The notes beneath the pieces are model-generated. The model worked only from the letters and a program-made list of their open reading frames with translations. It did not search any database and was not told the origin of the DNA. This document shows positions 29,747 through 39,484 of a stretch of DNA of 64,000 bases, one piece after another. Position numbers and translations under genes: made by a program. The stretch lies in the IMG/VR virus record IMGVR_UViG_3300035703_000016, positions 94,435 through 158,434 of that record; one strand, 5' to 3'. How positions within the stretch are numbered: the stretch's first letter is position 1; the number at the start of each line of letters is the position of its first letter. The DNA is from a virus.

Positions 29747-31342
29747 ATGGGTCGTTGCCTAAATACTCTTAAAGGATCAGACGTTACTATTACACCTATA
29801 AAACTGAAGTATTCTAATCAAATAGAAAGTTCGTCTTTAAGTTCAAATAATATAACATTAACAGTGGCAAGTAATCAAAATTTTGATTACAATAATCCAA
29901 GTTATGACGATAATTTTCTTTTATATAGATCTATTCAAGGACTATATTATATGAATTTTATTTCAGGATCTTTAATAGGCTCTGCAAGTGCGTATCAGTG
30001 GAATCCTCAATCAACAGCGGCAAGTGGTACATTTGACGACGATTATAGATATTTTCCTACAGAATCAGGTTCAAAAATTTTAGTTATTTCTATTCCAAGA
30101 GCTAAATATGGAGAAAATATCGCAAGATCATCATTTAGTATATCTTCTTCTGGGTATAACATAGTCGATGACGGAAATGGAAACTTAGTTGATTTAAATT
30201 CTGGAAGTATTCATGTAGGAAATTTACTTTATAATCAAGGAATAGGAATAATAACAAATTCAGAGTACATCTACTCTTTAGTTCCTATTCCAGTATGCGA
30301 TGTTCCTATTATCATTGATCCAATACCCGTAGGATCAAATATTGCTACTCCTAGATGGGAAGTACCAAATCCGCCAACTATTTATCAATATGCATTATAT
30401 ACTTCTAGTATTAGTCCAATAGGATCAGGAACGGAAATTACTTCTATTTTAAACACTGGGTCTATAAATTTTACTGGACTATCTTCTAGTACAGAATACT
30501 ATTTTTATCTAAGAACTAAATGTAGTTCTACTAGTTTTAGTAATTGGGTATCAAAGTCATTTACTACTAGAGTTGGACTAGTTCCTCTTAGAGATGGACT
30601 GATCATGGAATTAGAATCATTTACTGGATCTATTTCATCAAGTGGATATATTACTCAATGGGACGATATGTCTGGATTTGGAAATAATGTATATAGAGAT
30701 TCATCTCAATACCAGCCGGTATATGTATCTTCTTATTTTAACAATCAACCTGGAATATTTTTTAGTGCATCTGGAGCGCCAAATCTGACAGGGTCTGTTC
30801 TTAGGACTAGTGGAAATCTTATAGGATTAAGCGGAAGTACAGGAGTAACAGCTTTTATAGTTTCTAGACCGTCTAGTAGTCTCACAAGCGGACCAGTAAT
30901 TGAATACGCTAAATTAGGAACATCAACAGATTCTTATTTAAATAGCACAGGTAGTTTTCAATATTATCAAGTATTTACTGGAGGAGGTATTGTAACAGCT
31001 GGAGCAGAAACACGAGGGAACGTTGGTATATCTGGAGTTGAAGATTCTACAGTTAGAACTCAATCTCAATTTTATATAGAATCAGTTATCATAGACTACA
31101 CACTATCTAGTAAAGAGGTAACAGTTTATACAAATAATTCTACTGGAAGTTTAACTTGGTCTGAAGCAAATAATTCTGGATCATTTGAATCTTATCCTCT
31201 TGCTATAAGTTCTGGAGTTAATAATGGAAGATGGCAAGGTTGGCAAGGTTATATAGGAGCTGTTTTATTGTATAATAGAGCATTAAATGAATCAGAAAGA
31301 ACACAAGTTTATAACTATTTATCATCATCATATTTACAATAA
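29747..31342 (+). CDS. Structural protein with FN3-like and LamG/ConA-like domains (putative receptor-binding)
   Basis: N-terminus paralogous to 28673-29731; FTGLSSSTEYYFYLRTKC (FN3); WDDMSGFGN...GYIGAVLLYNRAL...VYNYL (LamG-like). Confidence 0.65.
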   Translation: MGRCLNTLKGSDVTITPIKLKYSNQIESSSLSSNNITLTVASNQNFDYNNPSYDDNFLLYRSIQGLYYMNFISGSLIGSASAYQWNPQSTAASGTFDDDYRYFPTESGSKILVISIPRAKYGENIARSSFSISSSGYNIVDDGNGNLVDLNSGSIHVGNLLYNQGIGIITNSEYIYSLVPIPVCDVPIIIDPIPVGSNIATPRWEVPNPPTIYQYALYTSSISPIGSGTEITSILNTGSINFTGLSSSTEYYFYLRTKCSSTSFSNWVSKSFTTRVGLVPLRDGLIMELESFTGSISSSGYITQWDDMSGFGNNVYRDSSQYQPVYVSSYFNNQPGIFFSASGAPNLTGSVLRTSGNLIGLSGSTGVTAFIVSRPSSSLTSGPVIEYAKLGTSTDSYLNSTGSFQYYQVFTGGGIVTAGAETRGNVGISGVEDSTVRTQSQFYIESVIIDYTLSSKEVTVYTNNSTGSLTWSEANNSGSFESYPLAISSGVNNGRWQGWQGYIGAVLLYNRALNESERTQVYNYLSSSYLQ

Positions 31343-31345
31343 ACT

Positions 31346-31654
31346 ATGCCTTCATATTCGCCATTTTCAATGTCATTCCAATCTGAAACAACGATTTATC
31401 AGAACGAGATAAGATGTCATGTAAATGAAAATGATTTTAATTATACAATAAACCCGTCAGCTATAAAATCAGGTTCTGGAATATTACCTGGAACTTTAAA
31501 TGATAATGTATCAGGATCAGATTTTACTCCTTTTGCTACTTCAATAGGATTATATAATTCTCAAGGGGATCTTTTAGTAGTAGGAAAATTTGGAACTCCA
31601 TATCCTATACCATCACACATAGACATAACCTTTGTTGTAAAATACGACACATAA
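31346..31654 (+). CDS. Detached C-terminal domain of the preceding structural protein
   Basis: FNYTINPS...TSIGLYN..GDLLVVGK..P matches the C-terminus of 28673-29731. Confidence 0.6.
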   Translation: MPSYSPFSMSFQSETTIYQNEIRCHVNENDFNYTINPSAIKSGSGILPGTLNDNVSGSDFTPFATSIGLYNSQGDLLVVGKFGTPYPIPSHIDITFVVKYDT

Positions 31655-31660
31655 TATAAA

Positions 31661-32107
31661 ATGAATTGGACTTTAAATGGACAAGAAATAACAGAAATAT
31701 CTCAATTTGGAGATAAAGCTGTAGGATTTATATATAAAATAACGAATACTAAAACTGGTAAATTTTATATAGGGAAAAAAATACTAGAAAGTAGAACTAA
31801 AAAAACTCTTACAAAAAAAGAACAATCAGAATGGAGTAAACCTGGAAGAATTCCTAAGAAAAAAGTCATAATAAAAGAAAGTACTTGGTCTACATATTGG
31901 GGAAGTTGTAAACCTCTTTTAGAAGAATTAAAAATTAATAAATCTGACTTTAAAAGAGAAATTATAAAAATATGTTTTACAAAACGAGAACTTTCATATT
32001 ATGAAGTTTATTATCAATTTGAATATAAAGTACTTCATGTAGATAGCTTCAATGAAAATGTTTTGGGCAAATTTTATAGAAGAGACGCTCAAGGCGCGAA
32101 TTCTTAG
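31661..32107 (+). CDS. GIY-YIG endonuclease
   Basis: GFIYKITNTKTGKFYIGKK; YWGS; FKREII; N at C-terminus. Confidence 0.8.
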   Translation: MNWTLNGQEITEISQFGDKAVGFIYKITNTKTGKFYIGKKILESRTKKTLTKKEQSEWSKPGRIPKKKVIIKESTWSTYWGSCKPLLEELKINKSDFKREIIKICFTKRELSYYEVYYQFEYKVLHVDSFNENVLGKFYRRDAQGANS

Positions 32108-32165
32108 CTATTAGATCGCTCAGAATCGTTTAATATATAAATATCGATAAGAAATGTAGAAACAT

Positions 32166-32189
32166 AAAAAAGAGCCCAAAAAGAGCTCT
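32166..32189 (-). terminator. Probable intrinsic terminator at convergent junction
   Basis: Minus strand AGAGCTC-loop-GGGCTCTTTTTT. Confidence 0.5.
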
Positions 32190-32217
32190 AATTTAATATT
32201 ATGAAATTATTTATTTA

Positions 32218-32853
32218 TTAAAAATCTTCATCATCATCAGTTCCGTAAAGAAGATCGCGAATATCTTTTTCAGGATTTAGACCTTTTACAGCTTTTGCTC
32301 CCTTTTTAGCCTGTTTCATAGCCATTGCTGCTATTTTTTCATCTTCATCTGGTTCTGGTTCATCAACTGGAGTACTCATTACAACTCCTGAAATTTTTGT
32401 TTTTATTTCGTCTGGTACCATTGCCCAGCCCATATAAGCGTAATCAGCTAATCCCTCTTCTGTATCATCTACTGAGTCTAGTATAGATTCTTTGTCTTCT
32501 ATTGGAATAAGATCCCATTTTTGATGAATAGGCATTGAAGGTACTTTAGCCGATGGTCTTGCTTCACCTAATTCATTTTCTTCTGGATATGAATTATAAT
32601 AGTTATCCAAATCCTCTTTATCATTCATACCAGCTGCAAAATCATCATCTGTAAATTCATCATCTGTAAATTCTTCGCTTAAATGTCCCACTGGCTGAAG
32701 ATCTATCAAACCCATAAGACCTTCATTCAAACCAGTCTTTGACTTAGGTTTTGAAGACTTTAATATTGTTTTTTCTACGCCATTCGGACCTGCGTAAGGA
32801 CCTTGTTTTTGCTCACGCATCCATCCTTGTAAATCAAAATTATCTGCTGCCAT
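32218..32853 (-). CDS. Acidic hypothetical late protein
   Basis: ATG at 32853 follows TATTTATA (32871-32878). Confidence 0.6.
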   Translation of the reverse strand: MAADNFDLQGWMREQKQGPYAGPNGVEKTILKSSKPKSKTGLNEGLMGLIDLQPVGHLSEEFTDDEFTDDDFAAGMNDKEDLDNYYNSYPEENELGEARPSAKVPSMPIHQKWDLIPIEDKESILDSVDDTEEGLADYAYMGWAMVPDEIKTKISGVVMSTPVDEPEPDEDEKIAAMAMKQAKKGAKAVKGLNPEKDIRDLLYGTDDDEDF

Positions 32854-32888
32854 TTTTGCTATCGTTTTGTTATAAATATACAAAATAA

Positions 32889-33134
32889 TTATTGAATTTG
32901 TAAAAGTTGTTCGTGATTTACCATTTCAAATTCAATTTCTTCTATTTTTTTACAAAAGAAAATTCTAGAATCATTTTTTAGAATAATATCATGATCTATT
33001 GATTCTCTATGTGAAGTGAATAAAGACTCATCATGATTATCAGATTCATCTAGAAAATAAGTAGAAGGAAAGCTATCTACTACTTCGTATAAATCTTCAT
33101 TTTGACGTAACAATTGTTTGTGATAAGAAAGCAT
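32889..33134 (-). CDS. Hypothetical protein
   Basis: ORF track. Confidence 0.55.
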   Translation of the reverse strand: MLSYHKQLLRQNEDLYEVVDSFPSTYFLDESDNHDESLFTSHRESIDHDIILKNDSRIFFCKKIEEIEFEMVNHEQLLQIQ

Positions 33135-33146
33135 AAACTATATTAT

Positions 33147-33671
33147 TTAAGAAAAATTTGGATTATTAATTATAACATCATAATTTAAAAAACCATTAAA
33201 ATCCAGTTCGTCAGCTAAAATCCGTCTTTCCACTGAATCAGCATCTGATCTAAGAGACAATCTATTTCTTCTTATATCTTCTGGAATATCAAAATATACA
33301 ACGAAAGAATCTCTTCTATCAGCATATTTCATTTTAGATAATCCAGAAGGAGTCATAATAAAGACAACATTCTCTCTTTCCATTTGATATTTAGAAGTTC
33401 CATAATACCAAGAATTAAAAACAGTCCATTCGTAAAAGAAATCTTGAGAAATTAAATTTTCAAAATCAGATTGAGATAGAAAATTATAATCCATACCATC
33501 AATTTCTCCAATTCTAATCGGTCTAGTCGTATAAGCTACTTGATATGGATATTCAAATTTCTCTAAAAGCTTTCTTGCATGATCTTTTCCAGAAGCTGCT
33601 TTTCCAACTAAAACTATTCTTTTTTTTCTGCTAGACATCTTAATAATGTCAGAAATAGAATGTATAATCAT
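33147..33671 (-). CDS. gmk: Guanylate kinase
   Basis: GKAASGKD P-loop; YTTRPIR.GEIDG.DYNF; WYYGT. Confidence 0.88.
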   Translation of the reverse strand: MIIHSISDIIKMSSRKKRIVLVGKAASGKDHARKLLEKFEYPYQVAYTTRPIRIGEIDGMDYNFLSQSDFENLISQDFFYEWTVFNSWYYGTSKYQMERENVVFIMTPSGLSKMKYADRRDSFVVYFDIPEDIRRNRLSLRSDADSVERRILADELDFNGFLNYDVIINNPNFS

Positions 33672-33672
33672 A

Positions 33673-33837
33673 TTATTCTGATGATAATGAAGTTATAAAT
33701 TTTGTTTTATCTAACTCTTTATCAATAAGAGCTATGCATGCATTTCTGACATCATCAGAAGAAAATGAAAATTTTTCAAAACATAGAACGTTAAATGTCC
33801 TGTCTACTAAAATAGCTGCTGCTTGTTCTTGTGTCAT
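33673..33837 (-). CDS. Small hypothetical protein (54 aa, not in ORF track)
   Basis: Hand translation MTQEQAAAILVDRTFNVLC...ITSLSSE. Confidence 0.4.
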   Translation of the reverse strand: MTQEQAAAILVDRTFNVLCFEKFSFSSDDVRNACIALIDKELDKTKFITSLSSE

Positions 33838-33888
33838 ATAAATTATTTATGTAAAAATACAGAAAAAATAAAGAAATAGGAAATAAAT

Positions 33889-34386
33889 CTACAAAGTTGA
33901 ACAATAATATAAACTGTCTTGAACTCGAATAAAATCTTTATTGCTTTTTATAATACCTAATAGTCTTTTTTTATAAGAATTACATTCAGAGTATTGTTTT
34001 CCTAAAAAAGATAGATATTGTTGTCTACTCATATTTTTATTTCTTAAAATATAATTTTGATATAGTAAATAATCATTTATGCAATCTTTCCATTGAAAAT
34101 ATTTAGCATAACCTTTTACGTTTGCAATAGCGGTTGTCGCTCTTTTTTTAGGAAACTTCATTCCTAAAAAATTATTATTAGTTTTTGTTAATTTGCTTTT
34201 TAGATTAGAAGATTCTAATAATACTTGAGCAAAAACCACATCAGGATGTAATATTCCACTTTTTTTAATTTCAAAATAGACGTTTTCTTTTGTGCATTGT
34301 TTATTTTTTAAAGATTCTATATCTGTATAACATAGAAAACTACTACTAATTGACAAAAATATAAATAAAATAAGAAATTTCTTCAT
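33889..34386 (-). CDS. Signal-peptide-bearing glucosaminidase (GH73-like)
   Basis: AQVLLESS...NNFLGMK...YAKY; N-terminal signal peptide. Confidence 0.75.
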   Translation of the reverse strand: MKKFLILFIFLSISSSFLCYTDIESLKNKQCTKENVYFEIKKSGILHPDVVFAQVLLESSNLKSKLTKTNNNFLGMKFPKKRATTAIANVKGYAKYFQWKDCINDYLLYQNYILRNKNMSRQQYLSFLGKQYSECNSYKKRLLGIIKSNKDFIRVQDSLYYCSTL

Positions 34387-34407
34387 TTTTTATTTTTTAA
34401 AGTTAAT

Positions 34408-35325
34408 TTATTCTATTGAAAAGTCTTTAATATACTTAAAAACAGCTAAATCTTTAGCCTTTGCTTCTATTTCTATATCAAATTTTAGTCCAAAAGTCTG
34501 TATTTTTTCATAAATATAATCTGCATGAGCAGTTGGGACTGATTTATTATCCTCTAAACGTCTAGAAGAAGACATATGAGTAATAGGAACTGTATACCAC
34601 GTAGAGCATGCAAGTTTTAATGCGTCTTCCATACTTTGATCTTGAGGACCATAATTAAAATGATGTTGATCGAATACAATAGGGATGCCTATGTTACAAT
34701 AAATCAAATCATATAACATTTTAACAGAATATTGATTTGGGCTGTCATCATTTTCTATAGTAAGACGAGATTTGCAACTATCTGACAGTCTAGAAAAGTT
34801 AGTTACAAAGCGCTGGGACGCTGTTTCTCGGCATGATTTTGTTGTATTGATATGAATATTAATAGGGTAATAAGGAGATGCTGGAAGATCCATCATATCT
34901 AAAATCTCTGCATGTCTATTTAAGTCAATAATTGATTTTTCTACTACTTGAGGATTTTCACTAGCAAGTACATCAAATGGACCTGGATGGAAAGAAACTC
35001 TAATATCATTATCCTTAATATAATTGCCTAAGTCAGATAGTAAAAATTTAATAATAGAAAATCTGGGTAAATCTTTAAATTCATATAATCCCATAAAAGC
35101 AAACATATCACTAGACATTCTATAAAGTTTTATGCCTTTAGAAAGATTATACTTAAGAATTTTCTTACAATCATCTATATTTTGTATAGCAAGTTCAGAA
35201 ACATAATCAAGACCTTTAGAGTCAAATGTACGCTTTACCATAGTTCTATTTACAGATATATGATCGCGTTTATGTTTTCCTTGATTTATACCAAGAGAAA
35301 TACAACAATATCCCAGTCTTCTCAT
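34408..35325 (-). CDS. uvsE: UV damage endonuclease
   Basis: LGYCCI, YRMSSD, SFHPG, IENDD, FDQHH, AHADY, IEAKAKDLA. Confidence 0.92.
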   Translation of the reverse strand: MRRLGYCCISLGINQGKHKRDHISVNRTMVKRTFDSKGLDYVSELAIQNIDDCKKILKYNLSKGIKLYRMSSDMFAFMGLYEFKDLPRFSIIKFLLSDLGNYIKDNDIRVSFHPGPFDVLASENPQVVEKSIIDLNRHAEILDMMDLPASPYYPINIHINTTKSCRETASQRFVTNFSRLSDSCKSRLTIENDDSPNQYSVKMLYDLIYCNIGIPIVFDQHHFNYGPQDQSMEDALKLACSTWYTVPITHMSSSRRLEDNKSVPTAHADYIYEKIQTFGLKFDIEIEAKAKDLAVFKYIKDFSIE

Positions 35326-35343
35326 AAACTTTATTTATTTTTT

Positions 35344-35514
35344 TTAATATACAAAAAATGATTGTAAGATAATACCAAGTCTTTGTACTTTGAATTTAAA
35401 AGATTGATAATTATCTACTATATCCGTCATAGGGATATTAATAAGACTAGCAAGACTAAAATGATTTACGCTGTCTGGACATATCCCTATGACGTGCATG
35501 ATTTCGTGAAACAT
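35344..35514 (-). CDS. Small protein (56 aa, not in ORF track) with HExxH/GxCxD motif
   Basis: Hand translation MFHEIMHVIGICPDSVNH... Confidence 0.45.
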   Translation of the reverse strand: MFHEIMHVIGICPDSVNHFSLASLINIPMTDIVDNYQSFKFKVQRLGIILQSFFVY

Positions 35515-35562
35515 AAGTAAATTTAAGAAAATAAAGCTAAATATGGTAATTTAAGTTTTAAG

Positions 35563-36735
35563 TTAATTAGAAAGAGGCATTTTTATAGTTGAATGATATC
35601 GATAATTTTCTAGAATAAAATCATTAATGTTGTATCTTGAAATATCCTTAACTACACGATCAGATATCTTTACTATTGGTAATTCAAATGGTTCTCTTGT
35701 TAATTGTTCTTTAATTCCTTCAATTTGATTTGAATAGATATGCGTATCTCCTAAATTTCCTATTAATTCGTCTGGAATCATATTAACAGTTTTTGCTAGT
35801 ATTTCAAGCAATAGAGCATATGAAGCGATATTAAAGGGAAGCCCAAGCCCTGTATCTACGCTCCTCTGATTCCACATTAATGAGATTGCTCGTTTTGGAA
35901 AATCAATAATATCGCCATTTAACAAGGTGAACGGTTTATCTAAATTAACAATATTAAAATACTTTCTAACGGAGTCAATATCTTCATTGTATTTCTTTGC
36001 ATACCACCTATATTTTTCCTTCTCACTCAATTCCCTAGTATAAACTTGAAACCCATAATGACATGGAGGCAAAACAGCTGAATCTATATCAGCTACATTC
36101 CACGCATTAACCATTAATCTACGTGAGTCTGGATTTGTTTTGAGGTCTTGGATAAGGTTTGCGATTTGGTCAATATCTCCGTCTTTCCATATTTCCTCTG
36201 TTTCTGGGAAACCCTTGAACTTAGTTATTGTTTTATATTTAGTCCAATTTCGCCACTGTTTACCATATATTGGCCCAAGGTCACCCCACTTTTCAGCAAA
36301 CTCAGAGTTGGTTTTGATACGCTCTATGAACTCATCTTGCGAATAAGGTCTAAAAATAGCATTACTTATAGTACCACTAATAGTGCCCCACAAATGAATT
36401 TTTTGATAAGGAACTCGTAAATTTTCTAATGTTAACTCTTTTGTTTTTAAAAAATAAGCTCTGTAACAATCTCCGTCCCAAATATGACAATCATTTTTTA
36501 AAAGATATTCTATTGAAGTGTCTCCACGTAAGAACCACAACAATTCTGTAACAATTCCTTTAAAATACATTTTCTTTGTCGTAAGTAATGGGAACTTTCC
36601 ATCTTTAAATTTATATCTAATTTGTCTACCAAAGACAGATAAGGTCTTTCCACTCCTTGTTTCTTTTTCTACTCCATTCTCTAGAATATCTTTGAGTAGT
36701 TCTTGGTATTGAGTATCTATTGTATTAGTTATCAT
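35563..36735 (-). CDS. thyA: Thymidylate synthase
   Basis: FPLLTTKK, ELLWFLRG, LGPIYGKQWR, SRR, LPPCH, QRSVD.GLGLPFN, GDTHIY. Confidence 0.97.
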   Translation of the reverse strand: MITNTIDTQYQELLKDILENGVEKETRSGKTLSVFGRQIRYKFKDGKFPLLTTKKMYFKGIVTELLWFLRGDTSIEYLLKNDCHIWDGDCYRAYFLKTKELTLENLRVPYQKIHLWGTISGTISNAIFRPYSQDEFIERIKTNSEFAEKWGDLGPIYGKQWRNWTKYKTITKFKGFPETEEIWKDGDIDQIANLIQDLKTNPDSRRLMVNAWNVADIDSAVLPPCHYGFQVYTRELSEKEKYRWYAKKYNEDIDSVRKYFNIVNLDKPFTLLNGDIIDFPKRAISLMWNQRSVDTGLGLPFNIASYALLLEILAKTVNMIPDELIGNLGDTHIYSNQIEGIKEQLTREPFELPIVKISDRVVKDISRYNINDFILENYRYHSTIKMPLSN

Positions 36736-36956
36736 GATTTTCTTATTGATGTTGTCGTATCTTGAAATTCAAAACTATTAGATTGTAGATCTAATTGAGA
36801 TTCATTAAAGATATGTAGCATTCCGTACTCATCCATTTCAGCCACAACTCTGATCTCTCCAGCAACAGTCGTGAATACTGAAACTATCGTACATGGGAAT
36901 TTATATCCTTTAGGCTTCCATGCTTTATCACCTACTTTAAATTTAGTATTATTCAT
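36732..36956 (-). CDS. Small SH3/KOW-like protein
   Basis: FKVGDKA...LHIFNESQL. Confidence 0.55.
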   Translation of the reverse strand: MNNTKFKVGDKAWKPKGYKFPCTIVSVFTTVAGEIRVVAEMDEYGMLHIFNESQLDLQSNSFEFQDTTTSIRKS

Positions 36957-36960
36957 TTTA

Positions 36961-37749
36961 TTATTTTATAGTTTTAATCATTTCTTTTAAATCAGATTGA
37001 TGCTTTTTTTGTCCGTTTAGAGCATATTTCATTTTGGCGTTCATTACATCTAAAATAGGACAAACTTTATACATAAAACCTTCAAACTCGATGAATTCAT
37101 ATTTGCATTTAGGATCTATTTTATAATCAACTATTGCAAAATTAGATTGATGCTCAATAGTAAAACACTCATCAAAGTCATTTCCAGATGGTTTAATGTT
37201 TGATTCAAGTATTTTAAATTTACCTGTCTTAGTCTCTGGTAGAATATAATAAGGAGAAATTAAGTCAATATCAGATTGATCGTCGTGCCATCTTCCTAAT
37301 CTAACTCCATGTAAAAATAATGCTACTGATCCTGCTATAATAAATTGAGGGTAACATACTTGAAGTTTTTTTATGAGATCAAGATTTAAATTTGATTTAA
37401 TTAATTTTAAAGATTTATTTTGTTTTTCTTGTTCTATTATATCTTTCATAGATTGAGAATCTAGTTCTTCTAAAATTCTAAAACTGGTAGTATTACTCTT
37501 ATTATGACCATCTTTAAAATCACCAAGCACTTCTATTTTAAAAAATCTGTTAGATCCATTATTACTATAAAATTGAAAAACATCAGTTAATTCATTACAA
37601 TAATGATATCCGTCTGAACTACATAACACCGGTGGTCTATCTAGAGATTGTTTCTCGTATATTACTCCAAGTTGATATATAGTTTTTTTATTTACTGGAC
37701 ATGCAGTTGTTTCCATATCTTTAGTCAAACCTTTATAACCTATTTTCAT
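36961..37749 (-). CDS. Two-domain protein with C-terminal nucleotidyltransferase-like fold
   Basis: GYKG...LCSSDGYHYC N-domain; IAGSVALFLHG...SDIDL...K...KHQSDL. Confidence 0.55.
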   Translation of the reverse strand: MKIGYKGLTKDMETTACPVNKKTIYQLGVIYEKQSLDRPPVLCSSDGYHYCNELTDVFQFYSNNGSNRFFKIEVLGDFKDGHNKSNTTSFRILEELDSQSMKDIIEQEKQNKSLKLIKSNLNLDLIKKLQVCYPQFIIAGSVALFLHGVRLGRWHDDQSDIDLISPYYILPETKTGKFKILESNIKPSGNDFDECFTIEHQSNFAIVDYKIDPKCKYEFIEFEGFMYKVCPILDVMNAKMKYALNGQKKHQSDLKEMIKTIK

Positions 37750-37942
37750 TTTCTTGATTTTTAATTATTTGTTTTAAATTTAACCAATCTTTTTGTATTT
37801 TATTTACTTCATGTGACATTTTAATAACTCTATGATTATCTGCTCCTAAAGTTTGAGCTAGTTCTTTATGAAATTTAAAATTTTCATAATAATTACCGGC
37901 TAGAATTTCTTCACTTAGTAGCAAACTATAATCATTTTTCAT
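37733..37942 (-). CDS. Hypothetical protein
   Basis: ORF track. Confidence 0.5.
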   Translation of the reverse strand: MKNDYSLLLSEEILAGNYYENFKFHKELAQTLGADNHRVIKMSHEVNKIQKDWLNLKQIIKNQENENRL

Positions 37943-38154
37943 ATAATTCTACTTGTGTATAATTAATACCTGAATGTAATGTGTGTGATATAGACCCAGA
38001 TACTTTAATTCTATAATGAACTATGTTATGACTTTCAAGATTTTCTAAAGATGTTACTTCAGCATATTCATCTAAAATATCTCCATAGCACTCAAAATGA
38101 TAATCGTAATCTTCTTGAGGAAGTTGAATTTTCTGACCAATATAAAAGTCTTCT

Positions 38155-38703
38155 TTATTTATTATTTGATAATTTTGCTAGTTCCTTTTCCAAAGTTGAT
38201 ATTGAATATCCAGAATTAAATTTAGAATCAGGACATAATTCTTTTATTTGAGCGGCTAAATCTTCTCTATATCCGTCTGAGTAAAATCTATGTTCTATTG
38301 CTCTTGCTAAGTCTTGACATTGTCCATCGCCAGATATTGAAATTCTAAGATCATAATCAGTCCATTTGGTTTTAAAATCAGATATCATATAACATTTAGA
38401 TAATTTTGCATATAGTCTATGTAAATACCAATTTCTGACTCTGACTATAGAATTATCATTACCAAATAAATGAAGAAATCTTAAAACAAATCTAGGACAA
38501 TATTTTGGTTTTGCTTTATAGTCCATGAATATTACAAGAGGCTCCATAGCTTTAAATAATTGTCCTTTTTCTTGATAAGGCACACTACCTAAATATAGAT
38601 ACTTTTCATAAAAGTTTTTAGGAAAAAATACAGCTCTGATATCATCAATAGAAATATTTCTAGTATGAATTATTCCCTTTTTCTTACCTCTAAATAGTAT
38701 CAT
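38155..38703 (-). CDS. Hypothetical protein
   Basis: ORF track. Confidence 0.55.
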   Translation of the reverse strand: MILFRGKKKGIIHTRNISIDDIRAVFFPKNFYEKYLYLGSVPYQEKGQLFKAMEPLVIFMDYKAKPKYCPRFVLRFLHLFGNDNSIVRVRNWYLHRLYAKLSKCYMISDFKTKWTDYDLRISISGDGQCQDLARAIEHRFYSDGYREDLAAQIKELCPDSKFNSGYSISTLEKELAKLSNNK

Positions 38704-38838
38704 ATATTTATATGTTTTAATATTTCTAATTTAGATTTTGTTTCTTCTAATTTATCTAAATAATTTAATTTGATTATTCTTAAAGAAGATTCTAGTCCTG
38801 AGATATAACCTCTACTAAAAGTATCTATGGGAGGTATA

Positions 38839-39036
38839 CTATCTTTTAAAACTTTCTCCAGACTTTATATCTTTTAATAAATCTTCAAGTAAACTAATAG
38901 AAGAATATAATTTAGCTTCTATTACTAATTTTGCTAATTCTTCTGCCGTTTCTTTATTTGCAAATTTTGATATACAAAAAAACTGCTCTTCTAAACTAGT
39001 TCTTAAATCTGGGATTAATGTACTTAAACTAGGCAT
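38839..39036 (-). CDS. Hypothetical protein
   Basis: ORF track. Confidence 0.45.
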   Translation of the reverse strand: MPSLSTLIPDLRTSLEEQFFCISKFANKETAEELAKLVIEAKLYSSISLLEDLLKDIKSGESFKR

Positions 39037-39464
39037 AAACTTAATTCTTTTTGAGTTTGGATTTTAATATCTCTTTCTTTAATAGTCTGTCTTTTGTCGT
39101 ATAATTTTTTTCCTTTAGCCACTGCAATAGAAAGCTTAATCTTACCATTTTTCATAAAAACAGTCAATGGTATAATAGTATTACCTATTTCTAGGCTACT
39201 TTTTGATATGCTCTTGATCTCTTTTTTATTTAGCAATAGTTTTTTATCTCTTAGTTCATCATGCACCCCAAAACAGCAATTAAGTCGACTAATTCTCATT
39301 CCTTTTATAAAAACCTCTCCATTGTGAATATAAATAAAACTCTCTGAAATACTAGCATCATAATTTTTAGTTGATCTAACTTCAGAACCGAAAAGTTGAA
39401 TTCCGGCCGTATATTCTTTTATAATATCGTATTCAAATCTAGCTTTTCGGTTCTGAATTAGCAT
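39024..39464 (-). CDS. smpB: SsrA-binding protein SmpB
   Basis: NRKARFEY...AGIQLFGSEVRS...KLLLNKKEI...AKGKKLYDKRQTIKERD. Confidence 0.95.
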   Translation of the reverse strand: MLIQNRKARFEYDIIKEYTAGIQLFGSEVRSTKNYDASISESFIYIHNGEVFIKGMRISRLNCCFGVHDELRDKKLLLNKKEIKSISKSSLEIGNTIIPLTVFMKNGKIKLSIAVAKGKKLYDKRQTIKERDIKIQTQKELSLCLV

Positions 39465-39484
39465 ATAACTTTATTTTTTAAATT

